Counted from the first letter of the stretch, positions 20,689 to 32,749 are shown. The stretch is DNA of 64,000 bases from an uncultured cyanobacterium (GCA_963740315.1 CAVUDP010000002.1:384001-448000), one strand, 5' to 3'. Numbers and translations are program-made. Notes: a model not told the origin generated them from the sequence alone.

Positions 20689-20761
20689 CCAGGGTTGGCC
20701 GAGCGGTTGAGGCAACGAACTCATAATTCGTGTTAGGCAGGTTCAACTCCTGCACCCTGGA
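20689..20761 (+). tRNA. tRNA with CAU anticodon, most likely tRNA-Ile2 (lysidine-modified)
   Basis: CCAGGGT acceptor pairs with ACCCTGG; D-arm GCCGAGCGGTTGAGGC; anticodon arm CGAA-CTCATAA-TTCG; T-arm GCAGG-TTCAACT-CCTGC; no encoded CCA. Resembles the plastid trnI-CAU type (from memory). Confidence 0.92.
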
Positions 20762-20859
20762 TTTCAATAAATATATATAATTTCATCTATTTAGTCATTA
20801 GCGCTTTTGATTAAGAACTAATGACTAATATAAGTTAAGTATAGATATAGCGATCGCTT

Positions 20860-21291
20860 TTATCTAGGTGGTAAGCTATCAAAGCGGAATTCAGTTCCAA
20901 CTTGCAATTGTTCTGCTCTCATGCGAGGAGAACCTAACAACGAGGTGTTATAGGGGTTTGGTAAATCTGGAGTGCGGATATATGGATCGTTAGTTGTCTG
21001 CTGTTTGAGTACATCTTGATAAAGAATGTTAACTAGCTTAGCATCTCGTTCAATTTCGTGTTCTGGAAAAGAATTCTTAAACAAAGAACCAGATCCCAAT
21101 ATCCAATCTATTTCCCTAAATAAACCGTCGTTGTTGTAAAAGTCAGGATAGTTCTCGTAAAAAGCTTTTTCAAATACTTGATTTGGCGTTTGATAACCGG
21201 ATGTTTCTGTTTGTGCTGCTGCAATAGTTGGGGAACCGATGGTAGCAGCAAGTACTAGTAAACCGCTAATGGTTTTCAAGTTCAAGGGCAT
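20860..21291 (-). CDS. Hypothetical secreted protein
   Basis: 143 aa with signal peptide (...PTIAAA-QT) and a DPYIRTPDLPNPY motif. Confidence 0.8.
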   Translation of the reverse strand: MPLNLKTISGLLVLAATIGSPTIAAAQTETSGYQTPNQVFEKAFYENYPDFYNNDGLFREIDWILGSGSLFKNSFPEHEIERDAKLVNILYQDVLKQQTTNDPYIRTPDLPNPYNTSLLGSPRMRAEQLQVGTEFRFDSLPPR

Positions 21292-21394
21292 ATTAACAAC
21301 TCAATAATTTTGGTGCGAATTTTGACTTATGCTAAATGTCAGAACTTGCATAAGTTCGACAAGTCCTGTGTAACATAAATTTTAATGATTTGTA

Positions 21395-22015
21395 ATGGTT
21401 TATCCCACTGAAAGCTCTACCCAAAAAGATTTATGGGCTACTGATACCGATGTGAATCTTATAAAACAACGTCTATTAGATTTATTTTGTCAGATGGCTT
21501 ATCAGGAAGGGGATTTTGTTCTTTCTTCTGGAGCGCTTAGTTCTTATTACATCAATGGTAAAGAGGTAACGCTCCATCCCCAAGGTGCTTTAGCAATTGG
21601 TCGCATTCTCTTAAATATGCTTCCCTCAGATACTCAAGCCGTAGCGGGTTTAACTTTGGGGGCTGACCCCATCGTTAGTGCTGTGAGCGTAGTGTCGGCA
21701 TTAGAAAATAGACCTATACCGGCTTTGATTGTTCGTAAAGAAGCCAAAGGTCACGGAACGAAAGCTTATATAGAAGGTCCGAGTTTACCAATATCTGCTA
21801 AGGTTATAGTTTTGGAAGACGTTGTTACTACCGGGCGATCGGCAATGAAAGCTGTTACCAGACTTAGAGATGCTGGTTATACAGTGAACAAAATAATTTC
21901 ACTAGTAGATAGAGAGCAAGGTGGAGCGGAATATTATAAGTCAGTAGATTTACAGTTTGAATCTGTGTTTTCAATTACCGATATTCAAAAGCGATATCAG
22001 CAGATTTCTAATTGA
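21395..22015 (+). CDS. pyrE: Orotate phosphoribosyltransferase
   Basis: Motifs GDFVLSSG, VRKEAKGHGT and PRPP-binding VLEDVVTTG. Confidence 0.96.
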   Translation: MVYPTESSTQKDLWATDTDVNLIKQRLLDLFCQMAYQEGDFVLSSGALSSYYINGKEVTLHPQGALAIGRILLNMLPSDTQAVAGLTLGADPIVSAVSVVSALENRPIPALIVRKEAKGHGTKAYIEGPSLPISAKVIVLEDVVTTGRSAMKAVTRLRDAGYTVNKIISLVDREQGGAEYYKSVDLQFESVFSITDIQKRYQQISN

Positions 22016-22027
22016 TGTTTGTATTTT

Positions 22028-22241
22028 GTTCGTAGTAGGGACTTTAGTCCTCCTTATTTTAGGAGCTAAAGCTCTGACTACAAACTTAATAAGTTGGCTA
22101 AATTGGACGGATTATAACAAGGTTCGTAGTAGGGACTTCAGTCCTTCTTATTTTAGGTATTTTTAGGTACAAAAGTTCTATGAAACAATTGATTCGTTAG
22201 TACGCAGAATTAAGAAGACGTAGCAGTGCTACGTCTCTACA
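22028..22241. repeat. REP-like palindromes (GTTCGTAGTAGGGACTTTAGTCCT family x2; AGACGTAGCAGTGCTACGTCTCTAC)
   Basis: Hairpins between convergent pyrE and thiC; related copies at about 28735-28962, 43235-43340 and 44981-45006. Confidence 0.75.
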
Positions 22242-22254
22242 TTATTGCGACAAA

Positions 22255-23737
<1,483 letters not shown>

Positions 23738-23788
23738 ATTGAAAATTATGCTATCACTTTTTTTACTAATAGAGATAAATACCTTAAC

Positions 23789-23860
23789 AATTATCAATTA
23801 TCAATTATCAATGCTTAACTTCTAACTCCTAACTCCTAACTCCTAACTCCTAACTCTTAA
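23789..23860. repeat. Heptamer tandem repeats (AATTATC, CTAACTC)
   Basis: Directly visible. Confidence 0.8.
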
Positions 23861-23862
23861 CC

Positions 23863-24447
23863 ATGCCCAAAAAATATCGCTACATTATTTTTTATAAACC
23901 TTATGGTGTTCTGAGCCAGTTTTCTAAAGATACGCCAGAGCAAAGTACTCTTCAAGACTATATTTCTGTTCCGGATGTGTATCCCGTGGGACGTTTAGAT
24001 GCTGATAGTGAAGGGTTATTACTGTTAACAAACCACGGACAATTACAAAATCGGCTTTGTCATCCTCAGTTTGGGCATCGTCGCATTTACTGGGTGCAGG
24101 TGGAACGAATTCCGGATGCTGCTGCTTTAAATAAGTTGGAACAAGGTGTAGTAATCAAAAATTACCTCACTCAACCGGCAAAGGTAAAACTATTATCGGA
24201 ACAACCCCACTTAAGCGATCGCATTCCGCCGATCAGATTTCGCAAAAATGTACCTACGGCTTGGCTGGAAATGACTTTGACTGAAGGAAAAAATCGCCAA
24301 GTTCGCCGGATGACTGCATCTGTGGGATTTCCTACTTTACGATTGGTGCGAATACAAATAGCTCATTTGAAATTAGATACTTTACAGATCGGACAATGGC
24401 GAGATTTAACTTCAGATGAAGTTGAATTGTTATATAAAAGGGGTTAA
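23863..24447 (+). CDS. rRNA pseudouridine synthase (RsuA/RluE family)
   Basis: Motifs FYKPYGV, YPVGRLDADSEGLLLLTN and EGKNRQVRRM. Confidence 0.93.
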   Translation: MPKKYRYIIFYKPYGVLSQFSKDTPEQSTLQDYISVPDVYPVGRLDADSEGLLLLTNHGQLQNRLCHPQFGHRRIYWVQVERIPDAAALNKLEQGVVIKNYLTQPAKVKLLSEQPHLSDRIPPIRFRKNVPTAWLEMTLTEGKNRQVRRMTASVGFPTLRLVRIQIAHLKLDTLQIGQWRDLTSDEVELLYKRG

Positions 24448-24688
24448 CTACCATCACCCCTTACAGTCAATATTTGATTAAAATTCGTAATAAGTAAGTT
24501 AATTACTAAAAAAAATTATTTGCTCGGACTAAGGTATTAGATATACCACGCAAGAATAGAATCACTTTGTGATTTATTTTACACTTTATTTGATAAAAGT
24601 AATTTGTCAAATTTCTGCATAAAAGCTGTACAATATTCTTTTTTTATTCTTAATTAAATTATCGTCAACGCTAGGGTGCATTATTCTT

Positions 24689-26353
24689 ATGAGCCTAAAT
24701 CAGTCAGTTAACTGGTGTGAAAACCGAAAACAAATTGTATCTGCAAAATCTGCAAGCTTGGAATTTGTGCCTGAAATAACCTCGGATCTGGAAATTTATA
24801 CTGCGGATTTACGTCATATTCAAGAAGAACTCGATCGGTATCGTACTTTGTATGACCATAATCCCGGCATATATTTCCAAATAGATACGAATGGGATAAT
24901 TTTATCTGTAAATCAATGTGGTGCAAAGTCTTTAGGTTATGCACCTCGCGATTTAAGTCAAAAATTAATTTTCGATCTATTTGCTAGTTTTGAGTGCGAA
25001 AGACTATCTGATGTACTAGCAGGGTTGTTAAAAAATTCGTCAGAAGAAGTTCAAGATTGGGAGTTTCGTTTAAATTGCCCGGATAGTAAAATTAAATGGG
25101 TCAAAGTCAAAGCGCGAATGGCGTTTGATGCCAAGCAAAACCCAGCGATTTTGATGGTTTGTGAAGATATTACTGCTTATATTGCTCAAATTTCAAATCA
25201 AAATAAACAAAGTTTCCGTCAATTAGCCGATCGCGCACCAGTTATGTTATGGATGACGGATGAAAAGGGACTTCGTGACTTTTTCAACCGTTCTTGGTTA
25301 ACAGTTACCGGACGTAAAATTGAGCAAGAATTGGGCTTGGGATGGTTAAATAATGTACATTCTGAAGATAAAAATTTATATTTAGAAACCTACTATCGAG
25401 CATTTGATAAACAAGAAAAATTTCAAATACATTACCGCTTAAAACGTGCTGACGGTGAGTATCGCTGGATTTCCGATACCGGCGTTCCTCAGCTTGCATC
25501 CGATGGTAGTAAGATTGGCTATATCGGTTGCTGTATTGATATTACTGAGTGTAAAAAAGCGGGAATAGCAATTATAGAGAGCCAAGAAGCAGCAAAAGTT
25601 CGATCGGAAGAAATAGAATCTCTCAACCGTCTTAAAGATGAATTTTTAAGTACGGTATCCCATGAATTACGCACGCCGTTAACTAACATGAAAATGGCGA
25701 TTCAAATGATGGGAATTGGACTTGAAAAGCAAAAGACTAGGGAGACATCTGAGCCAGCAAATAATTTGCAAAATAATCACAAAATATCTCGTTATTTCCA
25801 AATTTTAAATAATGAATGCGAACGAGAAATTAGCTTGATTAATAACTTTCTCGATTTGCAGCGACTCGATACTAGTACAAAACCATTAGTGTTGGAAAAA
25901 ATTGAAGTCCCCCAATGGCTGGAGCGAGTAGTCGAGCTATATAATGCACGCAATCGTAAGTGCTGTCGGCAAAAAATAAAGCTGGCGATAGAACCGAATT
26001 TACCAGCGATGGTTTGCGATCCGTTCAGTTTAGAGCGTATTTTAGTCGAGTTGCTGACTAATGCTTGTAAATTTAGTCCAACTAATGAAGAAATAATTGT
26101 TAAAGCTGGGATTGTATTTGATAATATTCAGTTTCAAGTAATAAATACTGGAGTAGAAATACCAACTGATGAATTACCGCGTATTTTTGATAAGTTTTAT
26201 CGAATTCCCAGTAACGATCCTTGGAAGCAAGGAGGTACGGGTTTAGGATTAGCATTAGTGCAAAAACTTACAAAACATTTGGGAGGCGCGATCGACGTTG
26301 AAAGCGGTTCTAATATCACTTGTTTTTCCGTTGAATTACCACTTGAGGGATAA
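24689..26353 (+). CDS. Cytoplasmic PAS-PAS sensor histidine kinase
   Basis: Two PAS/PAC domains; H-box FLSTVSHELRTPL, N-box ELLTNACKF, F-box IFDKFYR and G2 GGTGLGL. Confidence 0.95.
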   Translation: MSLNQSVNWCENRKQIVSAKSASLEFVPEITSDLEIYTADLRHIQEELDRYRTLYDHNPGIYFQIDTNGIILSVNQCGAKSLGYAPRDLSQKLIFDLFASFECERLSDVLAGLLKNSSEEVQDWEFRLNCPDSKIKWVKVKARMAFDAKQNPAILMVCEDITAYIAQISNQNKQSFRQLADRAPVMLWMTDEKGLRDFFNRSWLTVTGRKIEQELGLGWLNNVHSEDKNLYLETYYRAFDKQEKFQIHYRLKRADGEYRWISDTGVPQLASDGSKIGYIGCCIDITECKKAGIAIIESQEAAKVRSEEIESLNRLKDEFLSTVSHELRTPLTNMKMAIQMMGIGLEKQKTRETSEPANNLQNNHKISRYFQILNNECEREISLINNFLDLQRLDTSTKPLVLEKIEVPQWLERVVELYNARNRKCCRQKIKLAIEPNLPAMVCDPFSLERILVELLTNACKFSPTNEEIIVKAGIVFDNIQFQVINTGVEIPTDELPRIFDKFYRIPSNDPWKQGGTGLGLALVQKLTKHLGGAIDVESGSNITCFSVELPLEG

Positions 26354-26698
26354 TTGCTCGCAATTGGCATTCTAATGAAGCGAGGGTGATTCGTATAATT
26401 TTGTTCCCTATTTCCCTACAACGGCAAAATAAACTGGATATAAGAACCATGATTATTTATGGTGTAAATAATAATTGCGATCGCATCTTTTTGTCTGCTG
26501 CCCTATAGTTTTTTGTTGATTAATTTGTCAATATCGAAAATTTTTAGTTAATATACGTCACAATTAAAACAGTCACATATCTTTTCTGGTATAAGCATAA
26601 ATATTTTATTTGCTCTGCTTGCAACAGAGGCTACACTATCAGTAATAACCAATGAGCGTGGCTAGCACCAGTCAACGGGAATTAAGGACGCGGATATA

Positions 26699-28651
26699 AT
26701 GCTGATTTGCCCTCAGTGCAATTTTGAAAACCCTAATAGCAACAAGTTTTGTCAAAGCTGCGGCGCATCCTTAACCGAAAAGGAATGTCAACAGTGTGGT
26801 GTCTTTCTGCCTCTGGATGCAACACAGTGTCATAGCTGCGATACGATTTGTTCGGAGATTTGGTTAGCAATTGTGACTAAAGAAGCTAGTTTGGCAGTTG
26901 TTGCGGTAGATGATGGTGAGGAAAAGGCAGAAGATAAAGATAATTCTCAAGATATTCCTCAAGATACTCAAGAAACCAATTTATTTGCAGCAGGTGCCCC
27001 AATAGATTCACAAGGGCGCTATAAAATGCTCGAACCGCTACCAACTTTTTTTGAAGCTGTTAACACTGAAGCCTGCGTGAAAGTTATCGATTGCCAACCT
27101 TTTCAAGTGTCGCCAATAGATGCGATGTTGGCACCGCAATTTTCGGAGTCGGTAAATATTTCGGAAAAAGAACTGGAGATTCCCAGTCTTGCTAAAACTT
27201 ATATCGCCCTACAAGGTGAGTGCAACCTGGGAATTCCGCCAATTCACGATGCATGGCAACTGGAAAATATGCAGGTGATTCTGCTTGAAGACCGTTCGGA
27301 TTGGTTCTATTTATCAGAACTATGGCAGGATGATAGAACTACATCGTTGCAGATTATACATTATTTCTATCAAATGACTCAATTATGGGATTTGCTCGAA
27401 CCCTACAATTGTCGTCAAAGCGTTTTAAATTTAAATAATTTACGAGTTGATGAAGACCAGTCTCTGGCTTTACAACGTTTGTACGTAGATGTACGCAAAG
27501 AGTCTGAATCTCCCGAAGAAGATATACCTACAATTAAAGCTTTAGGAAAAGTTTGGCAAGCATTATTTAGAGAGTCCCAACGTACTCAATTCGGTTCCTT
27601 ATTAGAACTTTTGGGGAATTTAGAATCCGGTGAAATTCCAACATCAACAGAATTGCGATCGCGCTTGCAGTTAATTTCTACAGAGTTGGAAGGTGAGCCG
27701 AACGAAAACGAAGATGATTTGACTGTTGCCGTCGAGAAGGATTCAAGTCCCACAATTTTACAGTTAGATGAATTGGAGCAAAGTCCGACTAAAGTTGACG
27801 ATACGCCGACGGTAGTTTTGCCGATGCAGTTGGCTAGCGTAGAAAACGCAGGGCTTACCGATGTCGGGAAACAGCGCGACCATAATGAAGACTATTTTGG
27901 CATTGAAACAAATATTCAGAAAGTCGAATTGCCCAAAAGTAAAATTGCAGGGGCGCGGGGCTTGTATGTACTTTGCGATGGAATGGGCGGGCACGCAGGT
28001 GGTGAAGTAGCCAGCGAGTTGGCGGTAAGCACTCTGCGGCAATACTTCCAAAAACATTGGACTGACGGACTACCCAGCGAAGAAGTGATCCGCGAAGGAG
28101 TTTTTCAAGCAAACAAAGCGATTTACGACATCAATCAGCAAGATGCTCGTTCCGGCGTGGGTCGCATGGGTACCACTTTGGTGGTAGTTTTGATACAGGA
28201 TACTCGTGTCGCAGTGGCTCATGTAGGGGATAGCCGTCTTTATCGCGTGACTCGTAAAGGAGGTTTAGAACAAATTACCGTAGATCATGAAGTCGGTCAA
28301 AGAGAAATTTCTCGTGGAGTTGAGCCGAATATAGCTTATTCTCGTCCGGATGCTTATCAGCTAACGCAAGCTTTAGGACCTAGAGATAATAATTTTATTG
28401 CTCCAGAGGTACAGTTTTTAGAGATAAATGAAGATTCGCTATTTGTTCTAACTTCGGACGGTTTATCAGATAATGATTTATTAGAGAAAAACTGGCAAAC
28501 CAATTTAGTTAATTTAATTAGTGGAGAAGCCAACTTAGAAAAGGGCGTAAGAGATTTAATTGATTTAGCAAACCAATACAACGGTCATGACAATATTACC
28601 GCCATACTTATCCGAGCAAAAGTTCGTCCAAATTTGGAAAGTCAAATGTAA
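26699..28651 (+). CDS. PP2C/PPM Ser/Thr phosphatase with N-terminal double zinc ribbon
   Basis: Four CxxC motifs at the N-terminus; RDHNED, LCDGMGGHAGGEVAS, MGTT, HVGDSR, LTSDGL and GHDNIT. Confidence 0.95.
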   Translation: MLICPQCNFENPNSNKFCQSCGASLTEKECQQCGVFLPLDATQCHSCDTICSEIWLAIVTKEASLAVVAVDDGEEKAEDKDNSQDIPQDTQETNLFAAGAPIDSQGRYKMLEPLPTFFEAVNTEACVKVIDCQPFQVSPIDAMLAPQFSESVNISEKELEIPSLAKTYIALQGECNLGIPPIHDAWQLENMQVILLEDRSDWFYLSELWQDDRTTSLQIIHYFYQMTQLWDLLEPYNCRQSVLNLNNLRVDEDQSLALQRLYVDVRKESESPEEDIPTIKALGKVWQALFRESQRTQFGSLLELLGNLESGEIPTSTELRSRLQLISTELEGEPNENEDDLTVAVEKDSSPTILQLDELEQSPTKVDDTPTVVLPMQLASVENAGLTDVGKQRDHNEDYFGIETNIQKVELPKSKIAGARGLYVLCDGMGGHAGGEVASELAVSTLRQYFQKHWTDGLPSEEVIREGVFQANKAIYDINQQDARSGVGRMGTTLVVVLIQDTRVAVAHVGDSRLYRVTRKGGLEQITVDHEVGQREISRGVEPNIAYSRPDAYQLTQALGPRDNNFIAPEVQFLEINEDSLFVLTSDGLSDNDLLEKNWQTNLVNLISGEANLEKGVRDLIDLANQYNGHDNITAILIRAKVRPNLESQM

Positions 28652-28707
28652 GATGTGTCATTTAGGAATTAGCTGTTATTAAAGGTAATGAGCGAAGATG
28701 CGAACAT

Positions 28708-28985
28708 TAGTAGTCGATTGCATTAATTTTGACAGGTTCGTAGTAAGGGCTTTAGCCCTTTTCATTAATTCCGACAGGTTCGTAGTAAGGGCATTGGTTC
28801 CCCTCCGAATTCGGTAATATGAGCGCCCAAGAGCAACTATGAACCTTTGTTACCCATCAAAACAAATGAAAAAGACCAGTAGTTGATTGCATTAATTCCG
28901 ACGGGTTCTACGTGCCGACTTTAATCCCAAATCCGGAGCGAGTACAGCGCTTACTACGAACCTTGTTACCCATCATATTTAATGT
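28708..28985. mobile_element. Tandem, degenerate copies of a MITE-like element (left end TAGTAGTCGATTGCATT)
   Basis: Same left end and internal GGTTCGTAGTAAG...CTTACTACGAACC arms as the element at 43209-43374; a second start AGTAGTTGATTGCATT lies near 28878. Confidence 0.7.
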
Positions 28986-29340
28986 GGCTCCGTAATAGCA
29001 GGAATCTGCCTTCGCTAATGGTTTGTTTATCCCCGAAATGTGGAGAGGCAAGGGTAATGCAAGTAAGGGCACGCTGCGATCGCATATGAAACGTCTCTAC
29101 AAATTCATGAAACTAATTCATAATAAAATAATCACAGGAGATGCTTTAATGTCTTGACAAACACATAAATCAACAGTTTTTTGCATAATTATCCCTAAAT
29201 TACATAAAAATTCAGTTTAATTAAGTAAATAAAGTACTAGATAGCCGAATATTAGATAAGTATGCGGATCTGGATTTAAACACTGTCATACTTGATAATT
29301 CATCCTTGATAATCTTGAAAATTTATATTTCCTAAGCATT

Positions 29341-30563
29341 GTGATTACTCTAACCCTATTAGAAGCGCAAAACAAAACGCCGCTAGAAGATTGGGGCTTT
29401 GATGAATCCTCGGTGATTCGGGTTGGGCGAGCAGCAGATAATGATATTGTTTTGGATAGTAATTTAGTTTCTCGATATCATTTAGAACTGAGAAATACAG
29501 GTTCTGCTGGCAATGTTGATTCTTGGGAAGCGATTAGTAAGGGTACTAATGGGACTTTTCTTAACGGTGTGCTGATGCTGCACGCTCAAATAACAAGCAA
29601 TTGTTTCCTGCAATTGGCGCGGGGTGGTCCTATTTTAAGATTTGAATTTTCAAAGCCAGAAGTGCAACCAACATCTGCAAATATTCCCGCTGCTGCATCC
29701 GCTACCTGCACCCATGAAGGAAACTCACCCGATAATTTATTTTGCATTTACTGCGGTAAACCCCTGAAAGTACAGCTAACAATTCGCCACTATCAGGTGC
29801 TGCGAACGTTGGGACGGGGGGGATGGGTACTACCTACTTGGCTTGGGACCCCAGTGGTGTAACCGCAGGGCATCCCCAGTTATTGGTGCTGAAACAAATG
29901 AATGCCGACATGGCGAAAATTGCCAAAGCACGGGAATTATTTCAGCGGGAAGCGGATACTTTAGGATTACTCAGTCACCCTGGAATCCCCAAATATTACG
30001 ACTTTTTTGTGGAAGACGAGAAAAAATATTTGGCGATGGAGTTAATCCACGGACAAGATTTGGAAAAATTTGTTTATCGCAAGGGACCCGTAACTTTAAA
30101 TCAAGCCGTTGAATGGGCGATCCAAACTTGCGATATCTTAGATTATCTGCATGGTAAAAATCCACCATTGATTCACCGCGATATCAAACCGGCTAATCTA
30201 ATGATGCGAAATTCCAACAATCGCATAGTTGTGCTGGATTTTGGCGCTGTTAAGGAAATCGGTACTGCACCGGGGACTCGTATAGGTGCAGAAGGATACT
30301 GCGCCCCAGAACAAGAACGGGGACAGCCCTTAACTCAATCGGATTTATATGCCATTGGACCAACTTTAATCTTTTTACTTACTGGGGAAAACCCATTCAA
30401 GTTTTACCGTCAGCAAGGACGAAACTTTAGGTTTGATGTCGCAAAAGTTCCCACTATCACCCCTAAGTTAAAAGAAGTAATAGACAAAGTTACAGAACCT
30501 CTACCACGGGATAGATATCAGACGGCTAAAGAACTTGCAGCAGCATTAGCAGCCGTTTTATGA
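29341..30563 (+). CDS. FHA-domain Ser/Thr protein kinase, split by a frameshift in a G7 run (one gene)
   Basis: FHA (IRVGRAADND...VSRYH...GTNGT) and a zinc motif lead to LRTLGRGG; the other frame continues MGTTYLA...HRDIKPAN...LDFG. One extra G at 29816-29822 restores the Gly-rich loop LGRGGMGTTY. Confidence 0.88.
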
Positions 30564-30670
30564 ATTTGAATATGTAAGTTGATAGCTTTAGTTAAAAGAT
30601 AGGATGAAAAATGAAGCTATTAACTCATTCTTCATCCTTTTATCCTTTCATACTTTTATCCTTTCATACT

Positions 30671-30889
30671 TTACTCTTCATCCCATCCTTCTACTACCAG
30701 CAAATCCTTTACGGGGTCTTGCATAGTAAATCCGAAATCGACCAGTTCGCGTTTCCAGTGTTGCCATTCGTCGCCGTAAAGCAAAGCAATCTTCCAGATG
30801 CTATCTGTAGGCTTAATGATTTTAGAATCTACGAGCGATTGAACATTGCGTTGCAATTTCACCATTGGGTGAATTACTTGTTGAGTCAT
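30671..30889 (-). CDS. Small conserved cyanobacterial protein (DUF4327-like)
   Basis: 72 aa, VIHPMVKLQRNVQSLV...WKRELVDFGFTMQDPV...WDEE; family assigned from memory. Confidence 0.75.
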   Translation of the reverse strand: MTQQVIHPMVKLQRNVQSLVDSKIIKPTDSIWKIALLYGDEWQHWKRELVDFGFTMQDPVKDLLVVEGWDEE

Positions 30890-31810
30890 AACCTCAAGTC
30901 AAATCTAATGAAAGTTTAGGTAAATGCTTAATCAAAAATGCTTTCCGTTTTGCAATTATGCTCTCTGCGTAGAGTTTGGTAATGCACGCAAAGCAAGTCT
31001 CACTATTCTTGAATATAGCATAACTATTTCCACATGGTTACTGTTAATTTCGGTTTTGTTCGGTAATCACCACTAATAAGCTTGAGAACTCAGCAAAAGT
31101 TATTAGGCTTACTTATCAAACAGATTAATTTGTCAGCAACTTTGTAGATTTAGCACAATTAAAGAAGATTTTTTTCATCTTTTATGCTTAATTCAACACA
31201 ATATGTACAAATCATGACAAATACTATATTGAGTAAGAAATTTGCTACATGATTTTGCACGACGGTGATACTGTAAAGCTTGTGAATATTCACCGTTTTT
31301 GTTAATCGTTATCTACATTATCGCAAACATCTAGATTTTAATACCATCTAAAGATTTTCTTTACATTAATTTAATAATTGCTCATCTCTGGGAGTGTCTC
31401 AGAGATAACATCAGATAAGTTGTAGTTAAAGCCAGGAAGCCGATCCAAGGTTTTTTGTATATTTGTTCGATATTATGGAATTAATAAAATAAATGTGAAT
31501 TGCATAAAGTTATCAATAAATAATTGAGATTTTGCTGTGCGTCATCTGACATTAGGCAGAAGTTTATTTTATTTCACCCGAATGCACCTTTATCTCTATT
31601 CCCGGAATATTTTCGTGAAGAGATGATTTTTTTTGTTATGCAACGAGTCAGAAAGCGGGTTTGTGCTATCAAGCTGGAATATGCCGATTACCTTCGGTAG
31701 AGCTTCGCTTAACGCACAATGAAAAAATCATGTTTCTACTATGAGAAACCGAGTTACTTAGGGCAAGTTGCTCGTAGTGCAAAATGTGTGTATATGCATA
31801 ATCATGTTGT

Positions 31811-32122
31811 GTTATTGCGAGGAAATACGACGAAGTGACGAAAGTTTTGTCATTGCCAGGGGGCACGACGAAGCAATCCCAGTCGTTAAGGATAATTGTA
31901 TTGTGCGATCGCCCCCCAGAAAGTTTTGTCATAGGGGGCACGACGAAGCAATCCCAATGGTTAATTGTGTTTTGCGATCGCCCCCCAATCACATCGACAC
32001 AATCCCAATGGTTAATTTTGTTTTGCGATCGCCAGACGAAAGTTTTGTCATTGCGAGGAGGCACGACGAAGCAATCCCAGTCGTTAAGTGCGATCGCGAG
32101 CAGTTACGAAGAAGCAATCCCA
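31811..32122. repeat. Array of 4-5 degenerate GTCATTGC...CGACGAAGCAATCCC units separated by HIP1 sites
   Basis: CAATCCC core near 31874, 31949, 32000, 32072 and 32116; GCGATCGC at 31905, 31974, 32025 and 32090. Confidence 0.85.
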
Positions 32123-32127
32123 AAATC

Positions 32128-32183
32128 GCCCTCACCCGCTTATGGGTGGGGCTATCCAAACAAAGCCCACCGTAAGGTGGGCT
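32128..32183. repeat. Double-hairpin dispersed repeat (...GCTATCCAAACAAAGCCCACCGTAAGGTGGGCT)
   Basis: Related copies at about 41907-41958 and, inverted, at about 45045-45098. Confidence 0.7.
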
Positions 32184-32353
32184 AAATTAAGCGCATCTGT
32201 ATAAAAAATGGTGTTGCTTCATTTAGTTGAAGTTTGTTATAGCGATCGCGCTAACAAAATAAAGTTGGAGTGATAGTTTTGCTGTGGTGCTGGGTATCCT
32301 GAATACGGAAAGGGTTTTTTAACCTAAGTATTTACCACAGCAACTACTAAAAT

Positions 32354-32749
32354 ATGGATGGTTCTAAGGAAGAATACGTAGTTAAACGTCGCGAGAAAGA
32401 TGAAAAGCGGAAAAAATTAATTATTTTAATCTCGATGGTATCTTTTTTCGGCTCTACAGTTATGGCAGCAATTCCTGCTATACAAGAAATTTTTCAGCAA
32501 GATAATGCGCCTCAAGCTGTATCTGTGGAATCAGCATTAAAGCAGCAGGAACAAGGTTATGAGTTGGTGTTGCAGCGGGAACCAAATAATCAAGTAGCGC
32601 TAGATGGTTTGTTGCAAGTGCGGCTAGAGTTGGACGATATGGAGGGGGCAATTGAAGTTTTAGAAAAGTTGGTGAAGCTGAATCCTGAAAGGGAAGATTA
32701 TAAGAAGGGTTTGGAGAATTTGAAGAAGGAATTGAAGAAGTCAAATTAA
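32354..32749 (+). CDS. TM-anchored TPR protein
   Basis: TM helix followed by TPR-like YELVLQREPNNQVAL...AIEVLEKLVKLNP. Confidence 0.8.
   Translation: MDGSKEEYVVKRREKDEKRKKLIILISMVSFFGSTVMAAIPAIQEIFQQDNAPQAVSVESALKQQEQGYELVLQREPNNQVALDGLLQVRLELDDMEGAIEVLEKLVKLNPEREDYKKGLENLKKELKKSN

Noticed and set aside
20689..21291. tRNA-anchored genomic island
   Set aside because: No integrase nearby and no duplicated tRNA 3' end noticed in the window.
31811..32122. CRISPR array, or the three overlapping ORFs (31669-32064, 31768-32175, 31835-32185) as real genes
   Set aside because: The repeats are degenerate, the spacers resemble each other, and the ORFs are translations of the repeat with no recognisable domain.
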